A DNA stretch of 64,000 nucleotides from the human T2T-CHM13v2.0 reference genome, Homo sapiens. The position numbers and the translations under genes are program-made. The notes under the pieces were generated by a model. That model worked only from the letters and a program-made list of their open reading frames with translations, did no database searches and was not told the origin of the DNA. Shown here piece after piece: positions 15,385-27,700 of the stretch (positions are counted from its first letter, which is position 1; the number at the start of each line of letters is the position of its first letter). The stretch lies in assembly GCF_009914755.1 (NCBI RefSeq), contig NC_060927.1; one strand, given 5' to 3'.

Positions 15385-15822
15385 CAGCCAGATGCTCTGG
15401 GAGGAAGATACAAAGATGAAACTATAAGAGCTTTATAGGAGAAATATTTGTGAAGGATAAAAGGCAGATGGAGCTGAGCCAGGCAAGCAGAACCTCAGAC
15501 TGAGATGTAGGTCTGTCATTTATAAAGGCAAGGAGGGAAAGAAGAAAGAGTTGAGGAGGGGAAGCCCCAGACAGCAGTGCAGCTCTGAGGGTTTTGGCCA
15601 AGCCGATGGGGAGTTTCAGAGCACAGATCACCCATTTGAGGAGTGTTGCATTGGGCAGGGATGGCCAGGCTCCAGTAACCCTTTGCCAGTACTGTTAAGT
15701 CACTAAGGGGTACATAACCTGTGCTTGAAGGCTGTAGCTGAAGGTGCTGCAGCTGGAGGCTGTCTGCTGACTGTACTCTCTGCAGCAGGAACATCTGAGC
15801 AAGCACTCCTGTGACTGCCATA
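15385..15822 (-). mobile_element. Solo LTR of ERVL class (LTR16A-like)
   Basis: GC-richer island resembling the reverse of recalled LTR16 consensus (cagctggaggctgtc, ggccaagccgatggggag, cattgggcagggatggccagg); subfamily from memory. Confidence 0.65.
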
Positions 15823-16589
15823 GAGGTATAAACAATAGTTTGCTGGTAGTAAAGAGTAAAGGGCTTACAACAGTTTATATTATGAGTGTGCCATCCTGCC
15901 ACACTCTGAGCACTTTTCTTCAGATGCTGCTCACAGGAAACTCCTAACAACCTATCTGTCACGTTTCTTTTCTTGCATTATTTAACTAACCCTAAAACCA
16001 CATATTTTAGAGAAAATCTTCCAAACTTAGATTTGTTCAGGCTGAAGATGATATGTTGGCTCCTGGGGAGGTGATAGTATTCAGATAACTAAAATCTGCT
16101 CTTCTTTTGAGTCCTGAGGTATTCATGTACTTAATCAGCATTTACCGCAAGAACAACATATGCAAATAAGAGCATAAAAGAGGCTGTTCCAGGAATTGTG
16201 TGTATTTTAAAATATCTAGAGATTAGGATGCTTATGGAGTTTGTAGGAGATGTGGCTGGGGATTTAAACATGAAACAGATTCTAAATGGCTTTTACACGC
16301 TCTGCTATGAAATTTGCATCTTATCCTGAAAGTTATAAAGAGCCAAAATTTTCCTATGCAAAACTTTTATGCATAGGAATGACATGGTCAAATTCATGGT
16401 TTAGAAGGAATATTCTGAAAGATAAAATGTGTGGAAAGCATACAAATAGAGACCAAATTAGGAATTTCTAATTATAATTCAGAAGATAAATGAAGACTTA
16501 AACTAGGATATTTAAGAGTGTTTGGTGATTAACTGGAGGCAGAATGATTAGGAGATGGAGAGGAGAAGGTTATTTTATATTTATGGTCT

Positions 16590-16760
16590 AGATTCTTGCT
16601 CCTCAAAATGTTGTGGTCTGGAATCAGCAGAATCAGCACTGCCTGTGTGTTCATAAGAAATATACAATCTCATTCCCCACTCCGGAATGACTGAATCTGA
16701 AACTGCTTTTCCAGAGATTCTTGAGTGGTTTTTGTGAACATTAAAGTTTGAGAAGCATTG
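16590..16760. mobile_element. MER5A-like hAT-Charlie DNA transposon fossil
   Basis: gactgaatctgaaactgc...cattaaagtttgagaagcattg. Confidence 0.75.
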
Positions 16761-16768
16761 GTCTGGGT

Positions 16769-17113
16769 CAAGAGTCAGTAAACTTTTTTCTGTAATAGGC
16801 CAGATAATAAATATTTTAGGCTTTGTGCACATCATTCTCTATTGCTGCTACTCAACTTGCCCATTCTAGCATAAAATCAGTCATAGACAATATACAAATT
16901 AATGAATGATTGTGGCTATATTCCAATAAAATTGTATTTATAGACAGCAAAATTTGAATTTCCTAGATTTAGAATTTTCACATGTCATGAAATCTCATTC
17001 TTTTGACTTTTTACAACTGTTAAAAGAAATGTGAAACCATTCTAAGCTCGTGAGCTGTACAAAAACAGGGGACGGGCAAGATTTGGCTCCTGGGCTTTTT
17101 TGCCAACCATTTG
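16769..17113. mobile_element. MER58B-like hAT-Charlie DNA transposon fossil
   Basis: gtaaacttttttctgtaataggccagataataaatattttaggctttg...tttgccaacc. Confidence 0.75.
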
Positions 17114-17644
17114 TCTAGGTGAATAAATGGGCCATTTATAAAGGTAGGAAATAGAGGGACAGTTTGTTGGTGGTATGTGTTGAGGTCCATGTATTATATC
17201 ACTTTTCAAATGAATATGGATATTGGAGTTAAAACAAGCTTAATTAGAAAGCTTTTTATAATTGTATGCTGAGAAATCTTCCTCTCTTCTCTAAGATCCT
17301 CCCATAACTTCTGGTTCATTCAACGAGTTTTTTGCCATTGAGGACAGAGAAACCCAGTACAGCATATTTTGGACAGGAGACATTTAAATAATGTTTGATT
17401 GATGTCATTGAAACAAAGTATGTACCCATATTAATTAGGTAGAAATTTCAAGCAAAATTATGGGAAATGTCTATTTTTTTAAACATTAAGTAAAGAATAC
17501 TTTCAACATTGTATCAGACATTAAGCCATACTTCAGGTAAAAGTAGAACACATATTAATTAATTAATGAATCAATCAACTGTTCCATGTAGATGTTAGTC
17601 ATGATTATAATACCTGTTCTTATTTTTTCTCTTCAACCTCACAG

Positions 17645-17747
17645 CTTTCTCCATCTCTGGTGAAAGTAGCCAAGTGGTCATGATCGCCATTTCAGCGGCA
17701 GTAGCAATTATTCTCCTCACTGTTGTCATCTATGTTTTGATTGGGAG
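17645..17747 (+). CDS. EPHA3: EPHA3 coding exon 8 (transmembrane helix; SFSISGESSQVVMIAISAAVAIILLTVVIYVLIGR)
   Basis: Acceptor ctcacag ending 17644, donor GAG|gtgagt at 17748; 103 nt; hydrophobic stretch; too short for the ORF track. Confidence 0.97.
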
Positions 17748-18442
17748 GTGAGTTCACAGTCTGTTTCACTATTCACTTTCTTTGTTGCTTTGTTTGCTGC
17801 CACTGATTGCTGTTAAAATGTGAAGAGTGTGCTCAATAAAATATTTTAACAAATAAGAATGTCTCCACTTGTAGTTTAGGTCCTCTCTTTCTCCTCCTTT
17901 TCTTTGTTTCTCCATCCTTAGTTTTGATTTTCTGCTCTACATTAAATTCCTGTCCCCACTCTTTTAACATACACCCCTCCTCTTCTCTCTTCTGACACTA
18001 CTCCTAGTTTTTACTTTCTTTCTCTAATTATCTCCTCACTCTTCAAATAACCCCAGATTTCCTTGACACTTTCTCACCCAGAACAGGGGTAACACTGCAC
18101 AGCACTAATCATTACCCATAGAGACTTTACCCTTCATTCCTTCTAACAGAAGTTGTTAAAAAATACTATAAACACATTCTAAAGCCATTATAAAAACTGA
18201 ACTGGAGGGTCTGCACAGTGGGAAGCAACTCTGTGTATCTCCTCATTAGGCAGCTTTCCAGGGTTCCCAGAGAGAGGGGCTTTCTTCAGAGGATTTTGAA
18301 AATATGAAGTTATTAAACTTTCACTAAAGCATTTAATTGTTTGAGGAAAATGTTTTATTTTTATGCTTTGCACATTCTGAGCATAGGTAACTATTTTAAA
18401 TATATTCCTCTTATGTGTTCGCTTTCCTTGATTTACCTCCAG

Positions 18443-18507
18443 GTTCTGTGGCTATAAGTCAAAACATGGGGCAGATGAAAAAAGACTTCATTTTGGCAAT
18501 GGGCATT
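18443..18507 (+). CDS. EPHA3: EPHA3 coding exon 9 (juxtamembrane; FCGYKSKHGADEKRLHFGNGH)
   Basis: Acceptor cctccag ending 18442, donor ATT|gtaagt at 18508; 65 nt; frame-compatible with neighbours. Confidence 0.96.
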
Positions 18508-21500
18508 GTAAGTTTCTAAACTTGGCTTTTTGTTTTGCTTCACCGTTTTAGCTTTAGCAGTTATTGATTTACAATTGGTTAACTTCCTCCTGACAAAGAG
18601 ACTTCAAAAGTAGTTTTATGGAAAAACTGAGTACATTAAATTTATTTTAGAAAAAGAGGGAAATTCATGGTTCTGCATTAAATAATTTTTACATGTGTAC
18701 ATTTCAGCATACTTAAGCTAAAATAAAGGGTAATCTGTGGTTTACATTCAAATAACGCACATGCTAGGTAGTAGAAACTAGTCTGCTCTGCATGGCTGAA
18801 ATGCAAAGCGTATCTTCAATTTCCTTATTACTAGTCCTTTGCTAAACTCTAAATAGGAGACTTTTCTCTTTCCTAACTGCCAAGTAAATATAAACAACCT
18901 CTGTTTATTTGAAGTGCCTTATCCCATTTTATCAACCAACCTAGAAAGAGCCTTTAAAATAAACTGTTTATTTTGCAGTTACATGATATCCAACTAGTAG
19001 TAAAGCCAGAACTTTCTCTCCACATTTTAATTTACCCTTTTAATTTTTTTTAAATACACATTTCAGAAACAAAGTGTTTACAACTAACAAAAAGACTTTT
19101 TTTCTTTTTCTGGTGAAACGAATCATTCCAGGTGTTTTGCGTTCCAAACTATGGCTCAGCTTAGTGTGGCAATTACTAATCAGTAGCTTAAATAGCATGT
19201 TCTCATGGAAATTAGTACAAAGACTGTACTCATGCTTATGTGCTCCAAAATAATCTCAATATAACTAATGTAGTCTTGTAAGCATTAATTTTTTTAGTAT
19301 TCACTATTGCCTTCTAAAATTATTTGCAAATTGACATGATACTTTGTATCAGCCGTTGGATTATCATCTAAAAATGATAGCTTTAGTTGTAACTCAAGTA
19401 AAAAACTTGACTACCTGTTGCTAACCTGCAGGAAGCATACAGTAGCTTGAAAATAATGCCTTTCAAAATATAAATTGATATGAGAAGAAAGCAGTATAGG
19501 AGTTTGAAGAAGCATTATTTTGTTCATCCAATTGCAGCGTCTATAAAATAATTCACACAAAAAAGCCAAAGTACTACATTCCTAAAATCAACATCACATC
19601 AGTCCAGATTAATTAGGTGACCAACTCAAAAGTCTAAAAAGAATGCCTGAACAAGTTACAGGATCCTTGTCTTTCTTTTTCTCAATGGGCCCACAAAACA
19701 CTAGTGTTACAATTTTTATGCATAAATTAGAGCAGTGGCATTCTTGTGGATTAAGTCACCCTCAATTTGACTTGGACAATTGTAAATATCATCTTTAGAG
19801 CAAGACCATGCTGATTTGATTTTTTTTTTATGGGAAGCCTACATCTTACGAATTTTGAGCTTTGGTAAATTTCTGTGTGCCAATTATTAAACAGGTTCCT
19901 CTATCGTCCCAGTCTGTTTTGCTATTGTTTTTATGGTGGATTTTTGTTGAAACTTTAATTTTTTTCAAATGCACAATATCCTTATGACAAACAAAAGAGA
20001 AATGCATTTCATCCTGGCTGCAAAGGCATAAAGTAACTTATATGCATGTCATAAACTTTCTGCATCTTAATACTACAGCTGGTTTATTTCAGACCTTTTA
20101 TTTGGTATTACTTTAAAAAGCTCTAGCTACGAACTGTTCCCTACAGCCTTGTTACAAATCCTATAATATTGCTTCAAAAGGAAAGAAATGTGTTTCACCT
20201 CCTAAGATCCTGTCCCCTTGCCCTTTCTGGCTGGGCCTTTTTACTTCTTTGCTATCCTTAGGGCAACTCATGCTGGTAAAATGGAAATGTAAATTATTGT
20301 GTTTGCACAGAATGAGCTGTAAAGTAGTGCAGCTTAACACGTGTGCATGTGTTTATTACCTGGTTTTCATGACAGAGCCCAGTTACTCTGTATGTTGCCC
20401 TTAATTATTGGTGTGAAGGGATTATGTGCCTCGCAGCCTGAATCACCTGATTCCTGGAATCTCTGGGGTCAGCAGTTAAAGATCAGCAGCCAGTGCTTCT
20501 ACAGCGAACAGACCATTTTACTTGGGGGTGTATATGTTTATGTTTGTTTTTTTCCCCCAAATGTCTTATGGATGGAAAAGAAATTCACCTTATTTTAATT
20601 AATAGAAATTAATAGGATTCATTTTATTTGGGAATGGTTATTTAATTTTCAAATTATTTAGTAATAGTAGTATTGCATATAGGTATCCATCATACATATA
20701 TTCTCTACAAGCTGACTGGTACTTAAGGGTAAATCTAAATCACACAATTTCAAGTCTGTTTAAGGCCAATGCTTATTTAAAATATGTGAGACATTGTTCC
20801 TAACAACTCATTTTATAATCTTTGTAAATTCTGATGGCAGGAAATCTCCCCCACGTTAATTTCCTTAACTTCAGCAAAGTAAAGGAGTTATAATTATGTA
20901 CAAAACAGTTCCATTTTACCTTATGCTTAAAGTATCATTTTATTTCCTTGAAAAAGATTGCTAGATTTCTTTACCTTACTGTTACTAAGTAAAGGCAAAT
21001 AAAAACTGGAAGATCACACATTATAGGGTTGATCTGATATGAGTTTTCATCCTTAAAATGTAACTAAATTGACTAAATGAAAAGACTCCAACAAGATTTT
21101 ATTTCCTAACATATTTTAGTAATGGTTACTTACTTTTACAATTTTTCTTACTCCACATCTAGAAAAGTATGATAGCTTTTCCTTAATCTTAAAGAAGTTT
21201 CTTCTTTTAAAGGTAAAGGGTTTTAGTACTGGTAATGTTAGAAGTTATTTTAATGTAACAATAAAGCACAACAGATTACTGTATTAAAGGGTGACTCTCC
21301 CATCTGTATTTATAGGAAGGATTCATGCTTATATGGAAGAAGCATATAAGCTGATCTGTGAGCTCAAAAGTAATGGACATTTCTAAGTCTAAATTCTACC
21401 ATTAGGAAACATCAATTATATTAATAATTGTAAATAAATGTTCTTAACAATAAAAACGCTCATTAGGGCAATGAGCTCTATCAATACATTGAGTGAGAAC

Positions 21501-23516
21501 TATGCAACAGTTTCTCATGCTAGGCATTTGAATAGTATAGCTTTTTTTTTTTCTCAGAGCCCTAGCTTGTCTTTTTTGCCAAGATATTCAAGATGAAAAA
21601 CTCTAAAAGTGAAGTTCTCACTTCAACAGCTACTCCACTCAGAGTTTGTCCAAAGCAAGGGACAGAACTTGTATTTCCCCATTTCTGTGGATATTGACTT
21701 CTAGATAGTGGTGTCCTTTCAAATTATCCACACCTCGCCTCAAGCTGGATAGCAGCTGCTCTTTTGTTGTAGCTGTATCAGCACCAGGCAGAAGTAGGAG
21801 TCGTGTTAGCTTTTCTTCTGCATTCCCTATTTGCCCTCTCACCACCATCCCTGCTTTCTATTATGCTGTGTCAAAGTCATGCAAATAATAGCTGAGGAAA
21901 ATAGAGTTTTTACCCAACCTCTCTCTCAGCCACCATTTCTTTTACAACAGTTTATTCTCACACTTACGTTTTTTTACTCAAAATCTCTATGAAAGCTTCA
22001 CAAGAACATAAATCGTAATGCATTATAACCATGGGTTTCATGAAGTTGTCTTGTAGTTCAAAGAATTGATCATTTGTTAACACATACTGTGAAATCCTAG
22101 ACTTGTTGGCCTAATGTTCATTGTACTGAGGCTTCCCAGAAAAACTGCGGGCATCTGCAGTCTCCACAACTATTTAATACAAACTACAAAACTAACTCAA
22201 AGAAACGATTGGTTCACGCAGGGTGTTCAATTGCAACTTTCCCATAATTCTCCCATTATGAAGTAATATTGGAAACAGTAATATCTGATTTCATTTGTTA
22301 TAATTTAATGTAATGAATGAAAATATATTTCACTATTAAGTATCCATATTCTGTGCTAAAACACACTATTAAGTATCCATATTCTGTGCTATGAATGTTA
22401 TCAAAATTAAAAGCAAAATCAGTAGTCTTAGCAGATATACCATAGGAGTTACATTGCAATTTCCTTTAATTTTAGATCATATTTATATAGTTTAGTAGAT
22501 CTTAGAATCACTTTTTTAAAACTCAGGGTTTTTGTTTAGAGAAAGTTAATTTATTGAAAATTGCAAATTGTCTCCACTGTTATTTTTCCAAATTATAGGA
22601 ATCTTATTAATATTAAATCAAATTAAAATGATTATCCTGTATCAGTTGTCTGTAATATTTTAACTACAGGATATGAACATTTTTACCTTCAGAATAATTT
22701 AATGAATAAATATAATATGAAGGAGATTTTTATTTAATAAATTACATATATGACTTACGTTTGGAACTTAGCTCCTTAGCGCCATTATTCAACTCATAGA
22801 CAATATTTATTTTACTTCTAATTATGTTATAAAGCTATACAATATGATTATATTTAACTGATACTATATTGGTGTGTATACATGTATGTATTATATATAC
22901 ACACCAATATAATATATAATACATACATGTATACACATACTAACAGCTTAAAGTAGATTTGTAATTACAGTGGGACATTTTGATTGTGAATGTTAATATA
23001 AGCAGTACAGTGTCAGAAGGTATGCCATTATATATCATTTAATTTATCTATAATTGCAGCCATTATCTCACCTTATAATTGTATTGAATTATTTTCCAAT
23101 CTTGCATTGTAATACATATCTGGTTATTATAACATTTGTGTAATCATAAATATGCAATAGCATAATGGTGTTCACTCACTGTTGCTCCTGGTAGTAATGA
23201 CTAGGTCTAATCAGTTCTGAATTATCTTTCTTCTTAAGATCCCCTTTTTTGAGTATGCATTTTCCTTCTGATGTTTTTGCAAAGAAAGCTCCTCATTGTG
23301 GTTCCTTTATATAATTCATCATAGAGAACATGTTTTCTTAAATTTTTCAACACAGTCCAATGTCACTGCCAGTTTCTGTGATACTACAGAATAAACTGAA
23401 GGTTGTGCACCTTATGGGGTAGGGATTTTTTTAAACCAATAATGCCATAAAATTTGATCTATAATTGTTTGTACAAATCTAGCTACAATTGCGCCTTTCT
23501 TTCTTTCCTCAAACAG

Positions 23517-23642
23517 TAAAACTTCCAGGTCTCAGGACTTATGTTGACCCACATACATATGAAGACCCTACCCAAGCTGTTCATGAGTTTGCCAAGGAAT
23601 TGGATGCCACCAACATATCCATTGATAAAGTTGTTGGAGCAG
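23517..23642 (+). CDS. EPHA3: EPHA3 coding exon 10 (juxtamembrane tyrosines, start of kinase; [42 protein letters not shown])
   Basis: Acceptor caaacag ending 23516, donor CAG|gtaacc at 23643; 126 nt; Eph signature [10 protein letters not shown]. Confidence 0.98.
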
Positions 23643-25843
23643 GTAACCACAATGACCCTACTGCCAACTTAGTACTGTATGTGAATCACGATTGCTCAGT
23701 CTCTGAAACCTAAGTATATTGCTAAAGAAATGGGAATTTTCTGATTTCATGATCAAAGGCAAGTAATAAATAAGTGCAATATTTAATGGAATGTAATGAG
23801 TTCAAAGGTGCCAGACTTACCGGCTCACAGACCATGGCTGCTTTTGATTTATTAAATTTCTGATGTGACAGCAGCAACAACTCAATCTTCCCATAGCTGT
23901 GCTGATCGTGTGTCACAAAACCTATTTGGCTAAATAAGGATAACTGGATAAAAGTCTATTTCAATTTAGACAACCCAGGTAATTTGAAGTTTTCATTTTC
24001 AATTTTAGAATCATGTTTGGAATTAAAAGAACAAACAACACAAAGTAATATCATGACTCATCTTACATAAATTTTATCACAACTATCTTGGGTGGATATT
24101 TTAAATAATATAAGGTGCTCCATTTTAATGCTTGCTTGACTTTGAATAGTCTTATGTGTTAAAGCTTTTTTTAATAAATATACCTTTGTTCTAATTATTA
24201 ATTTAAACAATGATAAATTTGTTAACAATCACCTATTAAGTGGTTAATAACAGTTGCATATTTATAAGAAAAATTTCATATATTTGTAAAATAACAGTAT
24301 TTTATATATTTACACATAAACACATGATATGTGCAGTATGCATGGAAGTAAAACTACTATTCAAAAGTAAAAATGAACCATGCTCAACAATAAAAAATTT
24401 TGTACCATCATCTAATCCTTCAATGTCACTCCCCAAAGCAAACATAAACTAGTTATGTTGATACAGGAATTCTCTGTGTAACATCAGATCACATTTTCTG
24501 CAAGTACCGTATTTACATATTTATGAGTGATGTGTCTTTACAAAAATGTACATGTAATGCTTTGTTTCTTTTTCTATACACCAAAGTAGTACTGAAAAAT
24601 CAAGCAGTAGTTAGTATGCGAACAGGACAATCTTGTAAATATAATGTTAATTTACTAGAGCTTCTCTTCTAATTATCTTAATTTCTTATCCTAAAATTTA
24701 CATGTGCAGGTAATATTAAAATATGAAACTTGTGTTCATAGAAAGAAAATGGAGTAGTAACTTCTTTTTTACAATCTAAGACTTGAGAGTAAACATATTC
24801 GCTGTACATCTGTGCTGATCCAGTGCCAAAACAGATATATATTGTTTACTCTGTTTCATTTCTTCAGTCCTGACTTCTGAACAGCTCCATGATGCAGAAG
24901 GGTTTAGTCTGGCTGGTTTTAATGTTTCCTCACAAGAGTGCACTTTTCTCCAGCACGGAGCCTGCGGTAGCAAATGCAGCACGAGGACTTTGAACACTCA
25001 ACTGGAGAATATGTTGAGAGGAGGAAAAGGTTACTTATGCTAAGCCACTGTCCAAAAGCCAGGCAGACATTATTATGATGTTGAAATTTAGGTACCTCTC
25101 CACTGATAAAATATCTTTATATAGTTATTATTGACAGACTCAGATATACAGAACATAGTGATTTGGGAAAAAGCACACCACTGAAAATAGCAGCTGATAA
25201 ATGAGATAAGGGGAGGTCTATTTATACTGAATCACTTAATCCCTGATGCTCATTAAAGATTAGAATAGAGCCTCCTTCCTATTTCTGTCTTCAAGTATAT
25301 ATGTTAATGATTAGATATATGCCCATGTTCAGGGTTTTGCAGCCAATATTCACATTTGCCATGTTAAGAACAACAAAACTGTACTTATTTGCAAATAGGT
25401 ATACCTTCAAGGTTAGTTATACTTTTCCTGAAATAATTCAATACAATATACACACCCAATTCTAGACTGCCTTGATGACCTTTCAGAGGGTTTGTATTTA
25501 CCAAGTTAGAAAATGAAATTATTATTCCTAAAAGCTAACAATTTGTTAAACATTTTGTTTTGTAAAATGTAAAATATGTACACAAATAAATTAAATAGTG
25601 TAATAATAAATAAACCTGTATGTTACTCATTTCTAAAATAGCTTTTATAACAATGAACAAATGGCAACCTTGGTTGGTATATACATTTACCTACTTCCTA
25701 CATTCTTAATCTTAAAAAAAATATGTTATTTATAAAAATTTAATAATTATTCTAAATTGATTACCAACTGGCTTCCATTGTTAGAAAGGCAAACCTTTCA
25801 GCCAACTACATAACTTTCAGAGTCAATTAAATTTACAGAAAGA

Positions 25844-25868
25844 ATATATATATATATATATATATATA
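25844..25868. repeat. (TA)n microsatellite
   Basis: Direct reading. Confidence 0.9.
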
Positions 25869-27459
25869 AGCTAATTCTCTTAAATTTCTGTCAGAAATTT
25901 TACATAAATGAATTGATGTTATGGAAACTCTCTTGTATACATTGGACTATAGAAAGAATTATACTTATACTATAAATGATAAAATTAAGACATATGAATT
26001 AGCTTCCCACAGTAGTAGATTACTAGAAGTGAGGAATTCATGACTACAATTCCTAATTTTACTCCTCAATCCAACCATTCTTTCAACGATTGAATACTAA
26101 AAATTTCTGAAGAAAGTAAATACTTAGTAAGTCCTTAATTTATCCTGTGCATTCCCATGATATTTAATTTTATTATCCTTTTTAGATAGGTATTATTATC
26201 TCCATTTCAGCACGTGAATAAACAAAAGCTGAGAATTTGAATAGACTTGTTTGGATCAAATGAAAAACCAAAATTTGAATCTTATACTTTCCAAATTTAA
26301 AGCCCATGCTGGACACTGGAGATCATAGTAGTGTCTTCTTCATAGTATTTTTTTTTGAGGATTAAACAAGATAAGTTGTGCAGGGGACTTAGCTGACACA
26401 GAAGCATTGTTCAATATGTGTTTTTATTATGCTTACTTTATGAAAACAGTAGAAGGAGGGTAGGCTTTAAAGCTAGTGTTGGAGGGAGTCATTCTATTTA
26501 AATGTCGGCTTTTTTTAATTGTTTAAATGAAATTAGCATAAGAAATTTTATTTTGAGCAGCTTTTACATTGTGCATTTTAATCAGAATACAGTCCCCATT
26601 CTTATAAATATACCTATTTCAAAGAGCAAATAAAATTGCCGCACTTATTAGAATTAAAAAATCAAGATCTGGCAGCCATGCTTTTATCTAGAAATGACAA
26701 GATCTGAATTTTTGTTTCATATGGGTGCAAAGTTAATTGAATAAGACAATATAAAACTTGGCCAGATGAAACTATTGCAAATTGCATTTGCCCAGTCTTT
26801 GTTAACTTTTACAATACAGTTCTTTTATTTTTTATTTTTAATCTTTTTCTATTTTTAGCAGCTTTATTGAGATACAATTTACCAACCATAAAGTTCAGCT
26901 ATTTAAGTATACAATTCAGTGATTTTTAGTATATTTTCAGAGTTGTAATAACCATAATTGCTATCCCAATGCAGTTATTTTAAATTATTAAAAATATAAT
27001 TGAATTAATATTAAGCATTTCTATGTCTTTTATAATATATTGGCGGCTATTTCTAGTGTTTATCTGATGAAATAATCACATTACTAAATGTGGGGAATTT
27101 TAAAAACTAGCATTGCTGAAACACAATTTTCATGAATTTCGAAGGTAAATATATACATGTACATGTTTATGTGTCCAGGTGTCCCACTTACAACAAAGAA
27201 CACTCTTAATTGGCTCATTTAAAATTTGAACTCCTACTTTTCATATCTCTAGTATGCTATCCTTTACAAATATATGTCCAGTAAGACATGAGCCTTGTTA
27301 TCGCCATCATTACCATAACCATCTCTTACATTAACATAGAATTTGGCATTTTATAAAGCACTTTCATATTCATTTGTCAGTTTGATTTAAACAGAAACTC
27401 TTAAAGGGTAGTTAGGCAATTTATCCTTTAGGTGGGTCTGAACTCAGAGAGATAAATAG

Positions 27460-27700
27460 TGACCAACACTTAGATGTCACCTACTGTGTGTCTGGCACTG
27501 TTTCAAGTACTTAACATACATTAGTTCCTTTAATCCCACAACAGCTTTATGAGGTAGATACAATAAGTGTCCCCCATAGAGATAGGAAAAGATAGGTACA
27601 GAGAGGTTAAGTTACTTAAAATCACACAGCTAATATGTGGCAGAGTCAGAATTGGACCCGAAGCAATTCGGCTGCAGGATCCATGCTCTTAACCAGAGTT
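27460..27700 (-). mobile_element. MIR SINE, near full length
   Basis: cctactgtgtgtctggcactg...tttaatcccacaacagctttatgaggtag...agagaggttaagttactt...tgctcttaacca. Confidence 0.8.

Noticed and set aside
15422-15962. 148-aa and 69-aa minus-strand ORFs
   Set aside because: Overlap the LTR16-like solo LTR; higher GC explains the open frames; no retroviral protein motifs
18440-18448. Exon 9 also begins with GT (junction GAG|GTTCTG)
   Set aside because: Positions +3 to +6 do not match the U1 consensus, so it is unlikely to act as a regenerated donor
22331-22391. 28-nt direct repeat as a CRISPR-like array
   Set aside because: Only two copies with a 5-nt spacer in a mammalian intron; a simple microduplication
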